Under the pieces are notes generated by a model that was given only the letters and a program-made list of their open reading frames with translations, ran no database searches and was not told the DNA's origin. From the NCBI RefSeq assembly GCF_006345805.1, contig NC_043007.1, forward strand, positions 8,990,001 to 9,054,000: DNA of 64,000 bases, read 5' to 3'. This DNA is from Octopus sinensis (taxonomy: Eukaryota). Shown in pieces: positions 13,421 to 27,164 of the stretch. How positions within the stretch are numbered: the first letter of the stretch is position 1; every line of letters starts with the position of its first letter. Position numbers and translations under genes: made by a program.

Positions 13421-14148
13421 AATATCTGATTAGTAGTTTTCAGTCCTTTTGACTGGATGGCAGAGAGTGGAACTAGTGAAAACATTCTCAAAAATAAAAC
13501 AGGAGGAATTTGCTTGAAAATTTAAACCAACAACTTTTATGAATTTCAAAAACTTTCTAACAGATTATAGAAAACTGCAGAATATTCGTGGTTTGCGCTT
13601 AAAATATTTATTCTGTCTTCGGTTTACCTGATTCTTGTCACTGTATTTTGGGAAGTTGATTAGTCCAAGAAACACAGGCACTGGTGTCATTTCACTTTTT
13701 TAAAAGTTTAGATTAATCAATTAGCTAATCTATAATTTCATTCATTATTCGGTCAATCAATCAAACAGTTAGGTTAGAGTGAGTCCTATCGCAGTCATTC
13801 TCGATCTCACGAAAGTCATTAACTCTCTATTCCTGATCTGTCTGTATCTTAGATTTTAGATTCTATATTTATAATTAGAATGATGTAAGAGTGCGGGGAG
13901 AGGTGAGTGGGTCTGTGTACGTGCGCCCGCATGTCCGCCTGCATGTCCGCCCGCATGTCTGCCCGCATGTGTTCCTGCTTGTGTGCCTTCATGTGCACCT
14001 GTGCGCTCAAAGTTCGGAATTTGTAAGTATGAACGGGTATGTGTATGTGTGCACGCGCCTGTGCGTAAGTATATAATGGTTTATGTAAAAGGCATGATTT
14101 AAAATGTTTATCTATTTATGTATTTATTTATTTGTTTATTCATCTATA

Positions 14149-14517
14149 TTTACCTCCACCTTCGCTAAGTATTCTTTTCAGTCGTGTTTGTTTGTTTGTT
14201 TGTCCGTGGAGAAAATATCTCATGAACTACTGGATGGATTCAGATGAAACTTTCAGGGATGTTTGGCCTTGTGACTGACACGAACTGATTAGATTTTGGG
14301 GTCGATTCGGTACCGGACAAGGATTCTGGATTATTTTTCCTCTTTTTTATTTTACTTAATTTTTCAGAGCGGTCGGGTTCATTGTTTGTAATCTCGTTTG
14401 TGAGAGCAGTCGAGTTTATATCAGATATTCACATTTTAAAACTCATCTCTGGCTAATCGTTGAGAGGACGTTGGTGTTGCCTTGGCGGAGCTTTGCGCTC
14501 TCTGAGTGCTCTTGTTT
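14149..14517 (+). mobile_element. Helentron-associated (HINE/DINE-1-like) non-autonomous element
   Basis: T-rich 5' end with degenerate subterminal IR tacctccacc, (GTTT)n near the 5' end, 3' subTIR ccttggcggag, then stem-loop gcgctc-tct-gagtgc and a T-rich end. Confidence 0.6.
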
Positions 14518-14916
14518 ATTCTATGGTTAGTGTTTGTCTTTGTGAACAGATTGCATTTGTTTTGAGATATGTCAGTGCGAGTGCATGTATATACTGCACA
14601 TTCAAGTGCAGTCCCTATACAAAGCATATAAACACGTGCATACACACAGACGTACACACCCATTACAAACCTAAAATCTATAATTTTTCCTGTAGGGTTC
14701 GAAGCTGGGAGTCTAATATACCACACTATCTCATTGACATTGTATTTATCGGCCAATTTAATATCGAAATGATGTCATGCCTCGACAAGACATGGGTAGG
14801 CACGTACATATCGGTTCCTATATGATCTTATGTAGATTATAGATTAACTCTTCATCTTGTGAGTAGCGATAATGGGGTGGAAATTACATTTTACCTGTAT
14901 TGTTTAATTCGTCTAT

Positions 14917-15045
14917 TTTACTTGTTTCTCTCATTATACTGCGGCCTTGCTGGGACAGTGCCTTGAAAGATTTTTAATCGTATGAATTCACTCCAGTTCT
15001 TATATTCTTTTAAACGCACCAAGATCGGTTGGCGGGGAACAAATA
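14917..15045 (-). mobile_element. SINE tail fragment (family-A-type tail, different body)
   Basis: ttacttgtttctctcattatactgcggccttgctggg is the reverse complement of a family-A-type tail. Confidence 0.5.
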
Positions 15046-15158
15046 GATATAAAGATACACACATACACACATGCATACATAGATACATACATACACACAC
15101 GCGTACATACTTACATACATGCATATACATACACTTATACATACATAAATACATGCAA

Positions 15159-15189
<31 letters not shown>

Positions 15190-15591
15190 CATATATTTAT
15201 TTAAATTATAACAATAATTAAGGGTTCAGCAACTAGTTGTTTGACCACATACCGAAAATTTTATAAATAGCAACCAAAAGACTGCTATTTCTGTTTTCTA
15301 CAAAAATATGTCTCCACAGATTACAATATTTGTAACTCACACAGGCAAAAGAAGAAAAATAATGAAATCAAACAGTCTTCGTTAATTATGGAGGCGTTTC
15401 TGGATCAGAATTATAAAAATTCATTTCCGTTATCAACATAATATTTCGAAACTTATAAATCTGAAAATGCTAGGAAAATTTACCCCTTATAATTCTGACC
15501 AAGCGCCATCAGAACATATAAAAGCTAATCAGCATATCCACATTTATATAGACTAGTGAATTCGTATCTCCCTCCAATTTCACCATGTGCT

Positions 15592-15775
15592 TCACAAGAT
15601 AGTACTGCAGAAAAAGATTCGCAGTTTTGTTATCGGGGAATGAAATAATCATTACAGATATAGGGTAAAACATTATTAATTTATTCTAATAAAATTAAAT
15701 AAAATTTTACCAAGTAGTTTTCGGTATAGAAACGAAACAAAACTGCGAAACTTTTTCTGCAGTACTATCTTGTGA
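15592..15775. repeat. Foldback element with 40-bp arms
   Basis: tcacaagatagtactgcagaaaaagattcgcagttttgtt (15592-15631) matches the reverse complement of 15736-15775 at 39/40. The centre is also self-complementary (ggtaaaa...aattttattctaataaaatt...ttttacc). Confidence 0.9.
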
Positions 15776-15822
15776 CGGATATTTACATTTGACAGTTATT
15801 TGTCCTCATTTTGTTTGTTATT

Positions 15823-15868
15823 AATACATCGTTTCGGCTGATAAACTCTCCAGCCTTCATCAGGTGTC
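15823..15868 (-). ncRNA. Minimal type I hammerhead ribozyme motif (PLE-associated), probably inactive copy
   Basis: GACAC-CUGAUGA-A-GGCUG(GAGAGUUUAU)CAGCC-GAAA-CG-AU-GUAUU. Core and 5-bp stem II are perfect; U16.1 reads A and stem I has one mismatch. Confidence 0.7.
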
Positions 15869-15884
15869 TAACGGTACTTGGATG

Positions 15885-16093
15885 TGTGAACTCAATAAAG
15901 TCATCCATATAGATCCTGTGAATTCAATAAAGCCATCCGTATAGTTCACAATGGAAAAGGAAAAAGACAATTACCTAGTATTCCTGGACGTATGAATAAA
16001 AAGCACCAAGTATGGATCCAGAGCATCCGTATACCACAAGCCAGCCTTCACTGAACGATACCTCAACTTCAGTTCCCACCATCCGTATAAGTG
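15885..16093 (+). mobile_element. PLE RT C-terminal (thumb) fragment
   Basis: VNSIKPSV*FTMEKEKDNYLVFLDV*IK...SVYHKPAFTERYLNFSSHHP matches the PLE FTxExE..LPFLD / YRKPT..YL.F.S.HP pattern. A 32-bp-period duplication sits at its 5' junction. Confidence 0.8.
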
Positions 16094-17670
16094 AAAGGGC
16101 CACTCTCTCAAAAATTCGCAATTCTAACCAAAACCTAAAAATAATTGGTAAAATCCGCCTTGCACTTAAGGATATAATTTCAGCTAATTATTCTCATATT
16201 ACAGATCTCAACCATCCACGAAAAGCTGAACGATTGTATGTGGTGAAAAAATTAGAACACGACAACCTTCCCTCAAGAAACCTAATTGGCAAGAGCGTAT
16301 TCGACACCAAACACTTATGTCTGACATAGAATGTCTAAAAAAACCTTAAGTTTGACAAGACTACCAAACCAACAAAAACCCGAAAATTAAAGAGAAAATA
16401 TAATATAAAAACCATATTTGATATCGATACCACCATAGAAACCATCAAGCAAAAATATGTACTAAAGCTGCCCGCCTAGCAAGGTATGGAAAGCGCGTTG
16501 GATTCTTCAAGGGCAACAACATATTAAAAAATAACACCAAATGCGTTTTAGAGAACGATAGGGAAAATACCAGTTGCAGTAAAGTGTACCCCCATCAAAA
16601 GAAGTGCAGGAATTTTGGAATAAAAAAAACAAAAAAAAAACACGCACAATGAAAAGTCTCCTTGGTTTGATAGAATATCTACAGACTTAGAAGAGCAAAA
16701 GTGGGAGGGTATCAAGTTAGAGGATGTAAGATTTGCTCTCAGGAAGTCAAACAAATGGAAGTCTCCAGGAAAGGATAAAATTCCTAACTTCCGGTTGAAT
16801 GCTTTCTCAGAGAGACTTGAACTGCTAACAAAACTTTACAACAATGTTTTGCAACAAGCTAGTATAATTCTCTCTTGGCTAGCTAATGGTGTAATACTCC
16901 AAAAATCGAAGAAATAACTGAACCCAAAAATTATAGAGCCATAACATGCTTAACAACAATGTATAAAACGCTAACATCTGTCTTGACTGAATATACCTAC
17001 AGTCTTTTTTTTTGTAGAAAGCGGCATATTCCCTAATGAGCAAAACTGATGTAAACGTGGGTCCTATGGCTGTAATGTTCAGCTACTCATCAATAAGATG
17101 ATCCTGGAAGATTGTCACAAAATATAAAAACTTGTCGATAGCCCGGGTAGACTATAAAAAATTCTTTTGATAGTCTACCACATAACTGGATTAAGAAATG
17201 CCTGGAAATGTATAAAATATCACATACCCTGCGAAACTTGTCTTTCAGTATGAGAACCACACTGATTTTGAACAGTGACAATGAACCTCTTAATGCTGGA
17301 GATGCAAAAATTTCCCGTGGCATTTTCCTGGGTGACTCATTATCACCACTCTTCTTTTGTCTAGCCTTAATACCTCTCTCGAAATTGCTCAATGAAGTAC
17401 AATACGGTTATAAAATGTTTGATATAAATATAAATCATCTCATTTATATGAGATGATTATAAAGCTCTTTGCAAAAAATGACCAACAATTACAGGGTTTA
17501 CTAGCAATTGTTAAGCAATTCAGTGATGACATCAGAATGTAATTTGATCTCGATAAATGTGAAAAAGCTACCTTAATTCAAAGGGAAAATGATAGAAACC
17601 CAACGTTAATCTTGATCAACAGAATGTTCTAAATATGTTAGAACCAGCGGAGAGCTACAAATACGTAGCC
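16094..17670 (+). mobile_element. R4/Dong-like (restriction-like endonuclease class) non-LTR retrotransposon, decayed RT region
   Basis: Frameshifted translation gives KWKSPGKDKIPN, PKNYRAITCLTTMYK, RGIFLGDSLSPLFFCLAL, INHLIYM..LFAKN, FSDDIRM*FDLDKC and ESYKY. Confidence 0.75.
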
Positions 17671-18584
17671 CGCCTTGCACCGGTGGTCTACGTGGAACCA
17701 TATAAGGACCATTGAGTACTTTATGAAAATCTTTATGTATTTATGTATTCATGTATGTAAGTATATATGTACGTATGGATATGGAGATCTGAGGATGAGC
17801 CTAGTGGATTGACGATATTTGACCGAAATTATATATAGAGATTTTTATGCGAAGTTTAATTTGAAGCAGGCAGCAGTTGGAGCCTTTCCCTGAAATGAGT
17901 GCTTAAGGACACATCATGGCTGTGATTGACATCAAAAAGGATTTTGAAAATTGGTCATGATATTTTCAGGAATGCATCAGATGGGTTGGTAACAGTGTTG
18001 GTATTGGGATTGATATATAGTCCCAACTTGAAATGTATATCTCACTTTGTTTGCAATGGTATTACAGAGGAAATATGTGTATTTGAAAGTGGGGTTGCGT
18101 ATGTAAAACCGTGCTGTTATTAGAGGTTGTTAATTATTTTTGTCTTAGCGCTTCTGGCAAAGCAAAAAAAAAAAAAAAAAAGATTGCGCGTATGTACTAA
18201 GAAGACATATAAATGCGAAATTGAATAACACATGCAGACATTCAGAAAAAGAAAAAAAAAAGAAAGAAATCTAATTCAAAGTAACAACAACAGACCTTGA
18301 GAACAGTTTGAAACCAAACATATTCCAATTTATTGTTGGAATGAGCTTGTGATAATTCTTGCATTTATTAGGGAAACAATAAGCATTTATATGTCTTGGC
18401 TGCTAGAATAAATTTTAAACACATGTTGACATACGAACAAATGTTTGCATGCCTTTCGTATGATGGGAATTATCTCTAGGTTATGTAATTACAGACGCAC
18501 AACACACAAAAATAGATATATCTGTGTAAACATATATATAATATATATGTGTGTATACATACATACATACATACATACATGTAT

Positions 18585-18669
<85 letters not shown>

Positions 18670-19963
18670 ATATATATATATATTATATTTATATATATAT
18701 ATATACATATGTCTTTGTACACATATATACATATATCTATGTATATATAATATATATATATATATATATGTATGTATATAGGTATATATCTACATATAAA
18801 TAGGTAGGTATATATACATGTACATATATATATATATATATATATATACGAACAAATATAATGTAATATACATACCCGTTTGTGTATGTATAATATATTT
18901 GTGTGAGTACGTAAGTATGTATGTGCAAATTCGTGTAGTTGTTCATGAGCGTATGTGGGTGTTCATCTCTCTGTGTTAGGTAGACATTTGATGACATAAG
19001 CAGCAACTTGTAATTTGTAAGATAGTTCAATTTCATATAGATGTTTGCAGGTATTAATGCCCCTAGATATGCATACACTCAAAAGTATACACGCGAATGC
19101 GTTGTGTGAGGGCGTGCGCACAAGCGTGTGAGTGTGTGCAAGTACGTGCACCTGTGTGTGAGTGTATGTGTGTGTGTGTCTGTGAGTGTGTGTATGTAAA
19201 TGTATGTGTGTGTGCATGCATGTATCGGTGCATGTGTGGGTGAACGAATTCACAGCAGAAAGTTCACTTCATAATGTGGTATTTTCTTTCTTTCACCTAC
19301 TCTCCCAATTACCCGCTTTTACAGTGTCCAGTAAAACAAACAACCACACACACACACAGAAACACTCAGACACAGACACAGACACACATACACATATTTG
19401 TCAGTGTCAGCGCGAAGCAGTGATTAATCATTCACGAATTTTACGATCGTTAAAATATGTTTGTTACCTTTCAAATTTCACGAGCAAAATTCACTACAGT
19501 TACTGTGAAGAAAAAGTTCTCGTTTCTCGTAAAAGGTGTAAAAATACCGTTTCTACCCAGTGTTCTCTTCTACGTGATTCCCAGATGCAGCGTGTGTAGC
19601 TCTTCAGCCTTCGTCAATGGGAAATACCGAAGGGAGGTAATTCTAAGCAGAGTTAAAGTCGTAGATTTTACGTAAAACAGTCAACAGTGTATACATATGT
19701 GTGTGTGTTTGTGTATAAACATACACATATATACACACAAAGGAAAATAATTTCATTCTTATAGAAAAATGAATATTTGAAACGTGTGATGCTGCGATAG
19801 TTTTAGCATATTTCCTTATAATCCGTTTAGAATTTTGATGTTCTTTTTTCTGCAATCTCATGCAGTTGTTTGTAATGGCATTTATATTTTTCTATTTAGC
19901 CCTTTGTTAAAGCTTGCTGAGCTGAGTTATGATGCAATATATTCTTTATATAATCATAATTAA

Positions 19964-20210
19964 GTGGTACTTCAAACTGTTATGACGACGATCTTTCTAG
20001 TTGTCCCGATCAACGTTATTCTTAGGGAAGCTCAGCGTGACACAGAATATGAGAAGGCTAACCATTTGAATTACAAGTGCAACTCATTTGTGTCAGTTCA
20101 ATGGATTGGAGCAACGCGCAAATATATGTCTTACTCAAGGATGCAAGAATCAAACGGACGGCCTTACAATCGTGACCCCCGTACACTAACCATTAAGCTA
20201 CGCGCCTTCA
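19964..20210 (-). mobile_element. Degenerate tRNA-derived SINE
   Basis: Minus-strand head ggcgcgtagcttaatggttag, core ccttgagtaagac, tail gttgatcgggacaact...tcgtcgtcataac resembling family B2. Confidence 0.5.
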
Positions 20211-20395
20211 AATATGATCGTACTGATTTGATATATAACCATTTTAACGTAATTGAGCATGGCGTGGAAGATTTGCCTTCTTAAAAGGGTAGAATATTTA
20301 GCGTAGGGCAAATAGATTGTCAAATGAGATCTTAAACAGCAATGGGGATTGTAAGAAATATCAACGTAGTGGTTGTCATTATTCCTTTCATCACA

Positions 20396-20612
20396 AAGGC
20401 GCCGAGTTGGCAGAATCGTTAGCGCGCTGGACGAAATGCTTAGTGGTACTTCTTCTGCCTCTACGTTCTGAGTTCAAATTCCGCCGTGGTCGACTTTGTC
20501 TTTCATCATTTCGGGGTCGATAAATTAAGTAACCGTGAAACTCTGGGGGTCGATGTAATCGATTAGTCCCCTCCCCCAAGATTTTAGGCCTTGTGCCTAT
20601 ATTAGAAAGAAT
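20396..20612 (+). mobile_element. tRNA-derived SINE, family C (monomer)
   Basis: aaggcgccgagttggcagaatcgttagc...gagttcaaattccgccg (B box) followed by ctttcatcatttcggggtcgataaattaagt, a Deu/Nin-like core (assignment tentative). Many homologues in the window. Confidence 0.82.
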
Positions 20613-21552
20613 TATTCCTTTCGTCACAGACTAGCTCTGTTTCCGAGGATGTTACTATTCAGATAATTTCCGACGGAAAATTTGTTTTCGAGGTAGATCC
20701 GACCAGGCTGCATGTTGTGTTGTTGAGGAAGGCACTTTATTTCACGTTGCTCCAGTTCACACAGCTGTATAAATTAGTTGCAACGTCACTGGTACCAAGC
20801 TGTATCGGCCTTTGCTTTTCTATTGGATAACATCAGTGGCGTGGAGAGAGGAAGCTGGTCTTCCATAAAAATAACTTTAGGCTGTGCGTTCGCCAGTGAT
20901 GCGACTTCTTCCCAGACTTGTATTCCGGACAGGAACCTTTTAGGTGGACCCATAGTTATTCCTGATCAACTGAGTTAAGTTTTATGTATGTAGGCATGTA
21001 TGTAAGCACGTACATATGTATATATGTATGTATGTATGTATGTATGTAGTATGTATGTATGTATGTATGTATGTATGTATGTATGTATGTCTGTCTGTAT
21101 GTATGTATGTATGTTGCACACTGTTGTATGTGGATGAAGGTTAATAACATAGGCGAGGAAATCAAATTACAAATGCCTTACCAACAAACTGCCTTCAAAT
21201 AATTGTTGTCGAACGAGGTACATTTACAAATCTTTAACATGGGTGCCATTTAAACAGATGTGAAACCATCATTATTATTGTTGGCGAAGAGGCAATATGT
21301 CACTATCGTTAGCGTGTTGGATGAAATGCTTAGCAACATTATTTTCTTTCAGCTTATAACGTTTTGATTTCAAAACTCGCCGAGGCCAACTTCGTTTTCC
21401 TTCTTTCGGGGACCGATTGAAATAAATGCTAGTTTAGCATTAAAATTTCCCTTAAAATTCTAGACCCTGTGCCTAAAGAAGAAAGTATTGTTGTTGTTGT
21501 TGTTGTTGTTGTTGTTATTATTATTATTATAATTATTATAATTATTATTATA

Positions 21553-21628
<76 letters not shown>

Positions 21629-21643
21629 TTATTATTATTATTG

Positions 21644-22030
21644 AATGAGTGAGCAGTGCATCAAAGTGACACTGGGGTAGAATATACGACGCTCAGTACA
21701 CCCATCATGACTACCCGTCTGATAAGGGTATACCAGGCACATTCATCACAACCATATGTGCGCAACATGGTGATCTCATATTACGATAAACAGCGCATGA
21801 CCTTGCAGGTGGGGGCCCAGTTAGAATTTTCTTCTGATCGAGTAGAGTAGCCCATCCCGCTCAAAATATCCCTGAATAAGGATTGTTTAAGGATGTTGAA
21901 CGAACCACCCATGTTTCCAAAGGGGAATTATCCAAACCCCAAAGAATTCCTCTCAACACACGGCTATGATGCTCACCCCACTACTTCTACTTATGATCAA
22001 AGATGCACGTATCATCAGCTACTAAGGGAC
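21644..22030 (-). mobile_element. Probable retroposon 3' end with (TAA)n tail
   Basis: Higher-complexity sequence directly abutting a long (ATT)n tract (about 21516-21643); no coding motif recognised. Confidence 0.3.
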
Positions 22031-22189
22031 ATGCAGCATTTATTCAAGCTCTTTACGGTCTGCGTTTAAGTCCCATCGTGGCTATCTTTGCTTTTCCTCA
22101 TTTCAGGATCAATAGTATATATAACCAATAAAATACTAGGAGTCCGTATAATCGAGCTCGGCCCTTACCTCATTTGCAGCCCTTACGTC

Positions 22190-22990
22190 AATTATTATTA
22201 TTATATTATATTATTATTATTATTATTTATTATGGATATTATTATTATGATATTATTATTATTATTATTATATGGATATTATTATATTATTATTATAGAT
22301 ATTATTATTATTTATTATGGATATTATTATTATTATATTATTATTATATTATTATGGATATTATTATTATTATAGATATTATTATTATTATTATTATGGA
22401 TATTATTATTATTTTATGGATATTATTATTATTATTATGGATATTTTATTATTATTATGGATATATATTATTATGGATATTATTATTATTATTATTATAG
22501 ATTATTATTATTATTATGGATATTATATTATTATTATGGATATTATTTATTATTATTATAGTATTATATATTATTATGGATATATTATTATTATTAGGAT
22601 ATTATTATATTATTATTATGGATATTATTATTATTATATATAGAATTATTATTATTATTATTATGATATTATATTATTATAGATATATTATTATTATTAT
22701 TATGGATATTATTATATATTATGGATATTATTATTATTATTATGGATATTATTATTATTATTATTATAGATATTATTATTATTATTATTATGGATATTAT
22801 TATTATTATTATGGATATTATTATTATTATTATTATAGATATTATTATTATTATTATTATGGATATTATTATTATTATTATGGATATTATTATTATTATT
22901 ATTATGGATATTATTATTATTATAGATATTATTATTATTATTATTATGGATATTATTATTATTATTATGGATATTATTATTACCAATATT
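22190..22990. repeat. (ATT)n-derived minisatellite with periodic ATGG/ATAG interruptions
   Basis: Units such as gatattattattattattatg of about 18-24 bp; source of the poly-Ile/Tyr/Asn ORFs. Confidence 0.92.
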
Positions 22991-23759
22991 ATCACTAATA
23001 TTAAAGTATTTTAACTTACCACGATGACACGACACGAGTTCAAAGTATCTTTAGGCTAGTATATATACATTTGAGGTTCACACAATTGGGAAAAGTATTG
23101 GACACATCACTACACGTTAATAACATAACAAAATAACGAAGAAATAAGTAAGGAATATAATATTGAAAGAAGGGGGGGGGATATATATGGAAGCTAATAT
23201 AAAAATTGATATGACGATAAAGTAGGATAAGAAAGAAATGGTAAAACTTGATTAATTGAATGAAAAAAGAAAATGTTAACAAAACATGTCTGATTATGCA
23301 TCCATACATAGGTATATTCACACGAACACGAGATGTACGTTTATGCATACACATACAAACAGATATATCTATATATCTCTCTCTCTATATATATATATAT
23401 ATAAATATATATACACACACGTTCATATATTTCTATATTCATACACACATGTGTTGACCATATATAGATTATAAATATATACATCATCTATATGAATCCA
23501 GACGTGTACATGGTGTGTGTATATACATATATATATATAAATATATACTATATATATATATACGTATACATAGATGTATGTGCATATATATACAAAGACG
23601 TATGTGCATATATATATAGAGAGGAAATCATTTTAAACATACACTTTCAACATGCATACATACATAAACAACAGAAGGAAATACAGAAATTTGAATATGC
23701 ATATGTACATACACGCTAATACACACATACTATATAGGAATATATATTCTGCATATATG

Positions 23760-23807
<48 letters not shown>

Positions 23808-23877
23808 TATATATATATATATATACATACGTGTGTGTGTATATATATGTATATATATATCATGTGTATTGTGTATA

Positions 23878-23928
<51 letters not shown>

Positions 23929-24020
23929 CTACATACATGCGTCTATATCTATATATATACAATTATACATAAATGCACACAAAAATATGCGTTTGTAGTA
24001 GCATGAATCTATACGACTAC

Positions 24021-24064
<44 letters not shown>

Positions 24065-25169
24065 CATGTATGTATGTATATATGATTGAGTATACATTGA
24101 AAGAAAAACAATTTGTTGCCGCACAATTGTGAGCTTCTGTGTGGTCGGCGCGGTGTGCTGTGTTGGAGGGCTTGCTTAAACTCTAGGGAAATTACGACTC
24201 GTTAACAGATAAGATGCTGTATTGCAAATCTAAAGAAACTAACCGTTACTGCATCTCTATACTTGTCTACTTTGGCCTGCTACCGGTTCTATACAGGTAA
24301 AAACTCTACTTCTGATTGGTTAATGCCTTTGTACATATTTGTTAGTGTTTGTTATTCTGTTTTTTTCTTATATTCTTTTATTTATTAGTGTTATTGCAGG
24401 ATTTTTTTCTCAGTTTTGCATTAGCTCTTTCTAAATAATATCATATCTCTAATTTCATTGCTTACATTATTGCGTTTGCATAAACGTAAGTATACATACA
24501 TATACATATATATGTATATACACATACACACACATATACACAAACATACATACATACATATATATATACATATATTTACATATTTATATGGATATGTATA
24601 TATATATATATACATATAAATATGATTAGACACACAAGCATCTATATATATATATATATATATAAAGAGAGAGAGAGAGAGAGAGAGAAGAGAGAGACTG
24701 ACAGATAGATACATACACGTACATATATACATATATTCATAGTTATAACAATTTCCCCATAAATATATTTATATACATGCATATACATGTATTCATTTGC
24801 ATACGTATGTGAGATGTTTGCATATAGGTATGTATGCGTGTATGTATGTATGTATGTATGTATGCTTCAGTACTTATTATTTAATCGCATACAAAATACG
24901 CAGAAGTAGCCTGAGAAAACAGCAAATTATTGTTGCCCAATGAACCAAATATAATATGCATATATTTGTGTATCTTGCCCGACCCTGAGGTATTTTCTTT
25001 TAATAATGCATTAGATTGCTCTGCGGATTCTTATTTTAAATATAACTATATTCCTTTTAGTTTCGTAAAATCTTTTTATTTATTTATTATTTTTTTTTAG
25101 TATTGCTGTAGCTATATCGGTTTTACAATGGGAAAAAATCTGGGAAGTTGGCCAAGAGCAGTGGATTAA

Positions 25170-25560
25170 AATATAGTTTCAAGCAAACATCATTTTATTC
25201 TCCGAATAAATGAGGGGCAAAATGTAAAGTAGTATTTGTTCAGTTCTTGAGTTCCATACGGCTTTCATTGACGTTCATTTTTATTGCCATTTTGCTCATC
25301 AAATCCTCGATATCAGATGTCATCAAGAGTAACTTTTCTCAAATGTAAACCATCTTTGAACACATGATCACTTTTGGGGCTGCGTGCTACAGCAGTATCA
25401 CATCAGCAGAATCGTTTGGGGTACGAAAATAACGATTTCCTTCATTCCATATTCAGAGGTTTTGAATTTTGTTCTTTTTCAGCTGCGCCCAAAATAAATT
25501 CTGAATTAGTTCATGCTGCAATCGATAAATAAAATTCCAGTCCAGGAAATTTCGAGGTTT
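25170..25560 (-). mobile_element. Highly decayed Tc1/mariner (maT/rosa-like) fragment
   Basis: Minus strand gives IWNEGNR...HAAPKVIMC, resembling the N.RIW...H.PKV.VW region. Confidence 0.3.
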
Positions 25561-26078
25561 TTTAATTCCTTTTTTTTTTCCCCAGTTCTTCTCAAGGTCA
25601 GCTCTGAATTAGTTTATGTTGCAATCCATAAATATAAGACCAGTCCAGGAAATTTCGTAATACCGTATAATACGGACACCAATTTGATGCATCCTGCTCA
25701 CAAGTTCTACCTAAGGATAAAAATTCAATCAAGAGCCTGATTTAAGCGATCACAGAACTGTAGATGATCGATTTCACATTTCTCTTCGGACTGTTGAATG
25801 AATCAAGAAGATAGTCGTTGTTGCTGTTGTTGTTGATGTGAAATTCCATTTCCCTGGTGATTGACCAGGCCTTGCATAACAGCTTGCTAACCAGTATTTG
25901 TTTTTAAGGCCAGAATCTCTGTCTAGTCAGCAGAACTGGGATTAATCCTTTGTGAAGACAGTATGCTTAGTTTTGAGTTATATCTGACTGTTACTTCAGG
26001 CAGATGAAGTATCTACGTGGAGCCTTCCTCAATGGACTTCTTTATCGTGTGATAGTGGACTATGTACAATGACGGAGT

Positions 26079-26477
26079 GTGGAGGCGCAATGGCCTAGTG
26101 GTTAGGGCAGCGGACTCGCGGTCATAGGATCGCGATTACGATTCCCAGATCAGGCGTTGTGAGTGTTTGTTGAGCGAAAACATCTAAAGGTCCGGGAGGC
26201 TCCAGCAAGGGGTGGTGGTGAACTCTGCTGTATTCTTTTACCACAAATTTCTTATACTCTTTCTTCCTGTTTCTGCCGTACCTGTATTTCAAAGGGCTAG
26301 TCTTGTAACACTCTGTGTCTCGTTGAATCTCCCAGAGAACTACGTTAAGGGTACATGTGTCTGTGAAGTGCTCAGCCACTTGATCGTTAATTACACGAGC
26401 AGCACGAGCAGGCTGTTCCCTTGATCGGATCAACTGAAACCCTCGTCGTCGTTATCGACGGAGTGCCACAGGTATAG
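26079..26477 (+). mobile_element. tRNA-derived SINE, family B2, full length with 9-bp TSD
   Basis: Head gtggaggcgcaatggcctagtggttagggcagcggactcgcggtc; TSD tgacggagt at 26070-26078 and 26478-26486; second copy at 57768-58113. Confidence 0.88.
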
Positions 26478-26937
26478 TGACGGAGTACAGCTCTAAAGAT
26501 TTGTCACGTCATGCAGGAAACGATACAAATTATTTCAACAATGGTTGTTGTGGTATTATTTGTATTGATATGACCACAGCTTTCGCAGAATAAAAGATAC
26601 TACGATATTCGTGCACATACACACGTATACACACAAACGGGTTCGTATATGTATACACACACAAACTCACACAAAACAAACATACGTACATACATACAAA
26701 CAAACACAATCATATGTGTGTGTATGTGTATGTGTGTATCATATGCTATAATATAGTATCAAAAGCGTTATATTACTCTATGTGTATGTGAGTGTGTGTG
26801 CATATCGGTTCACATACGCAGACATGTATACATAGATATATAGTGAATTATCGGCATCTGTCGTCTTGGAAACCTAACGTTATAACTATATAATCTTACA
26901 CATAAGCCTTCGATTGATATACACTCTTATTATCATG

Positions 26938-27164
<227 letters not shown>

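Noticed and set aside
14696-14795. Plus-strand exon candidate (VRSWESNIPHYLIDIVFIGQFNIEMMSCLDKTW)
   Set aside because: Splice-like ends and one open frame, but no recognisable homology and no compatible neighbouring exons.
26079-26150. tRNA genes at SINE heads (also about 5200-5273, 37030-37102, 57768)
   Set aside because: The acceptor stem is incomplete, and each continues into a SINE body shared by multiple copies.
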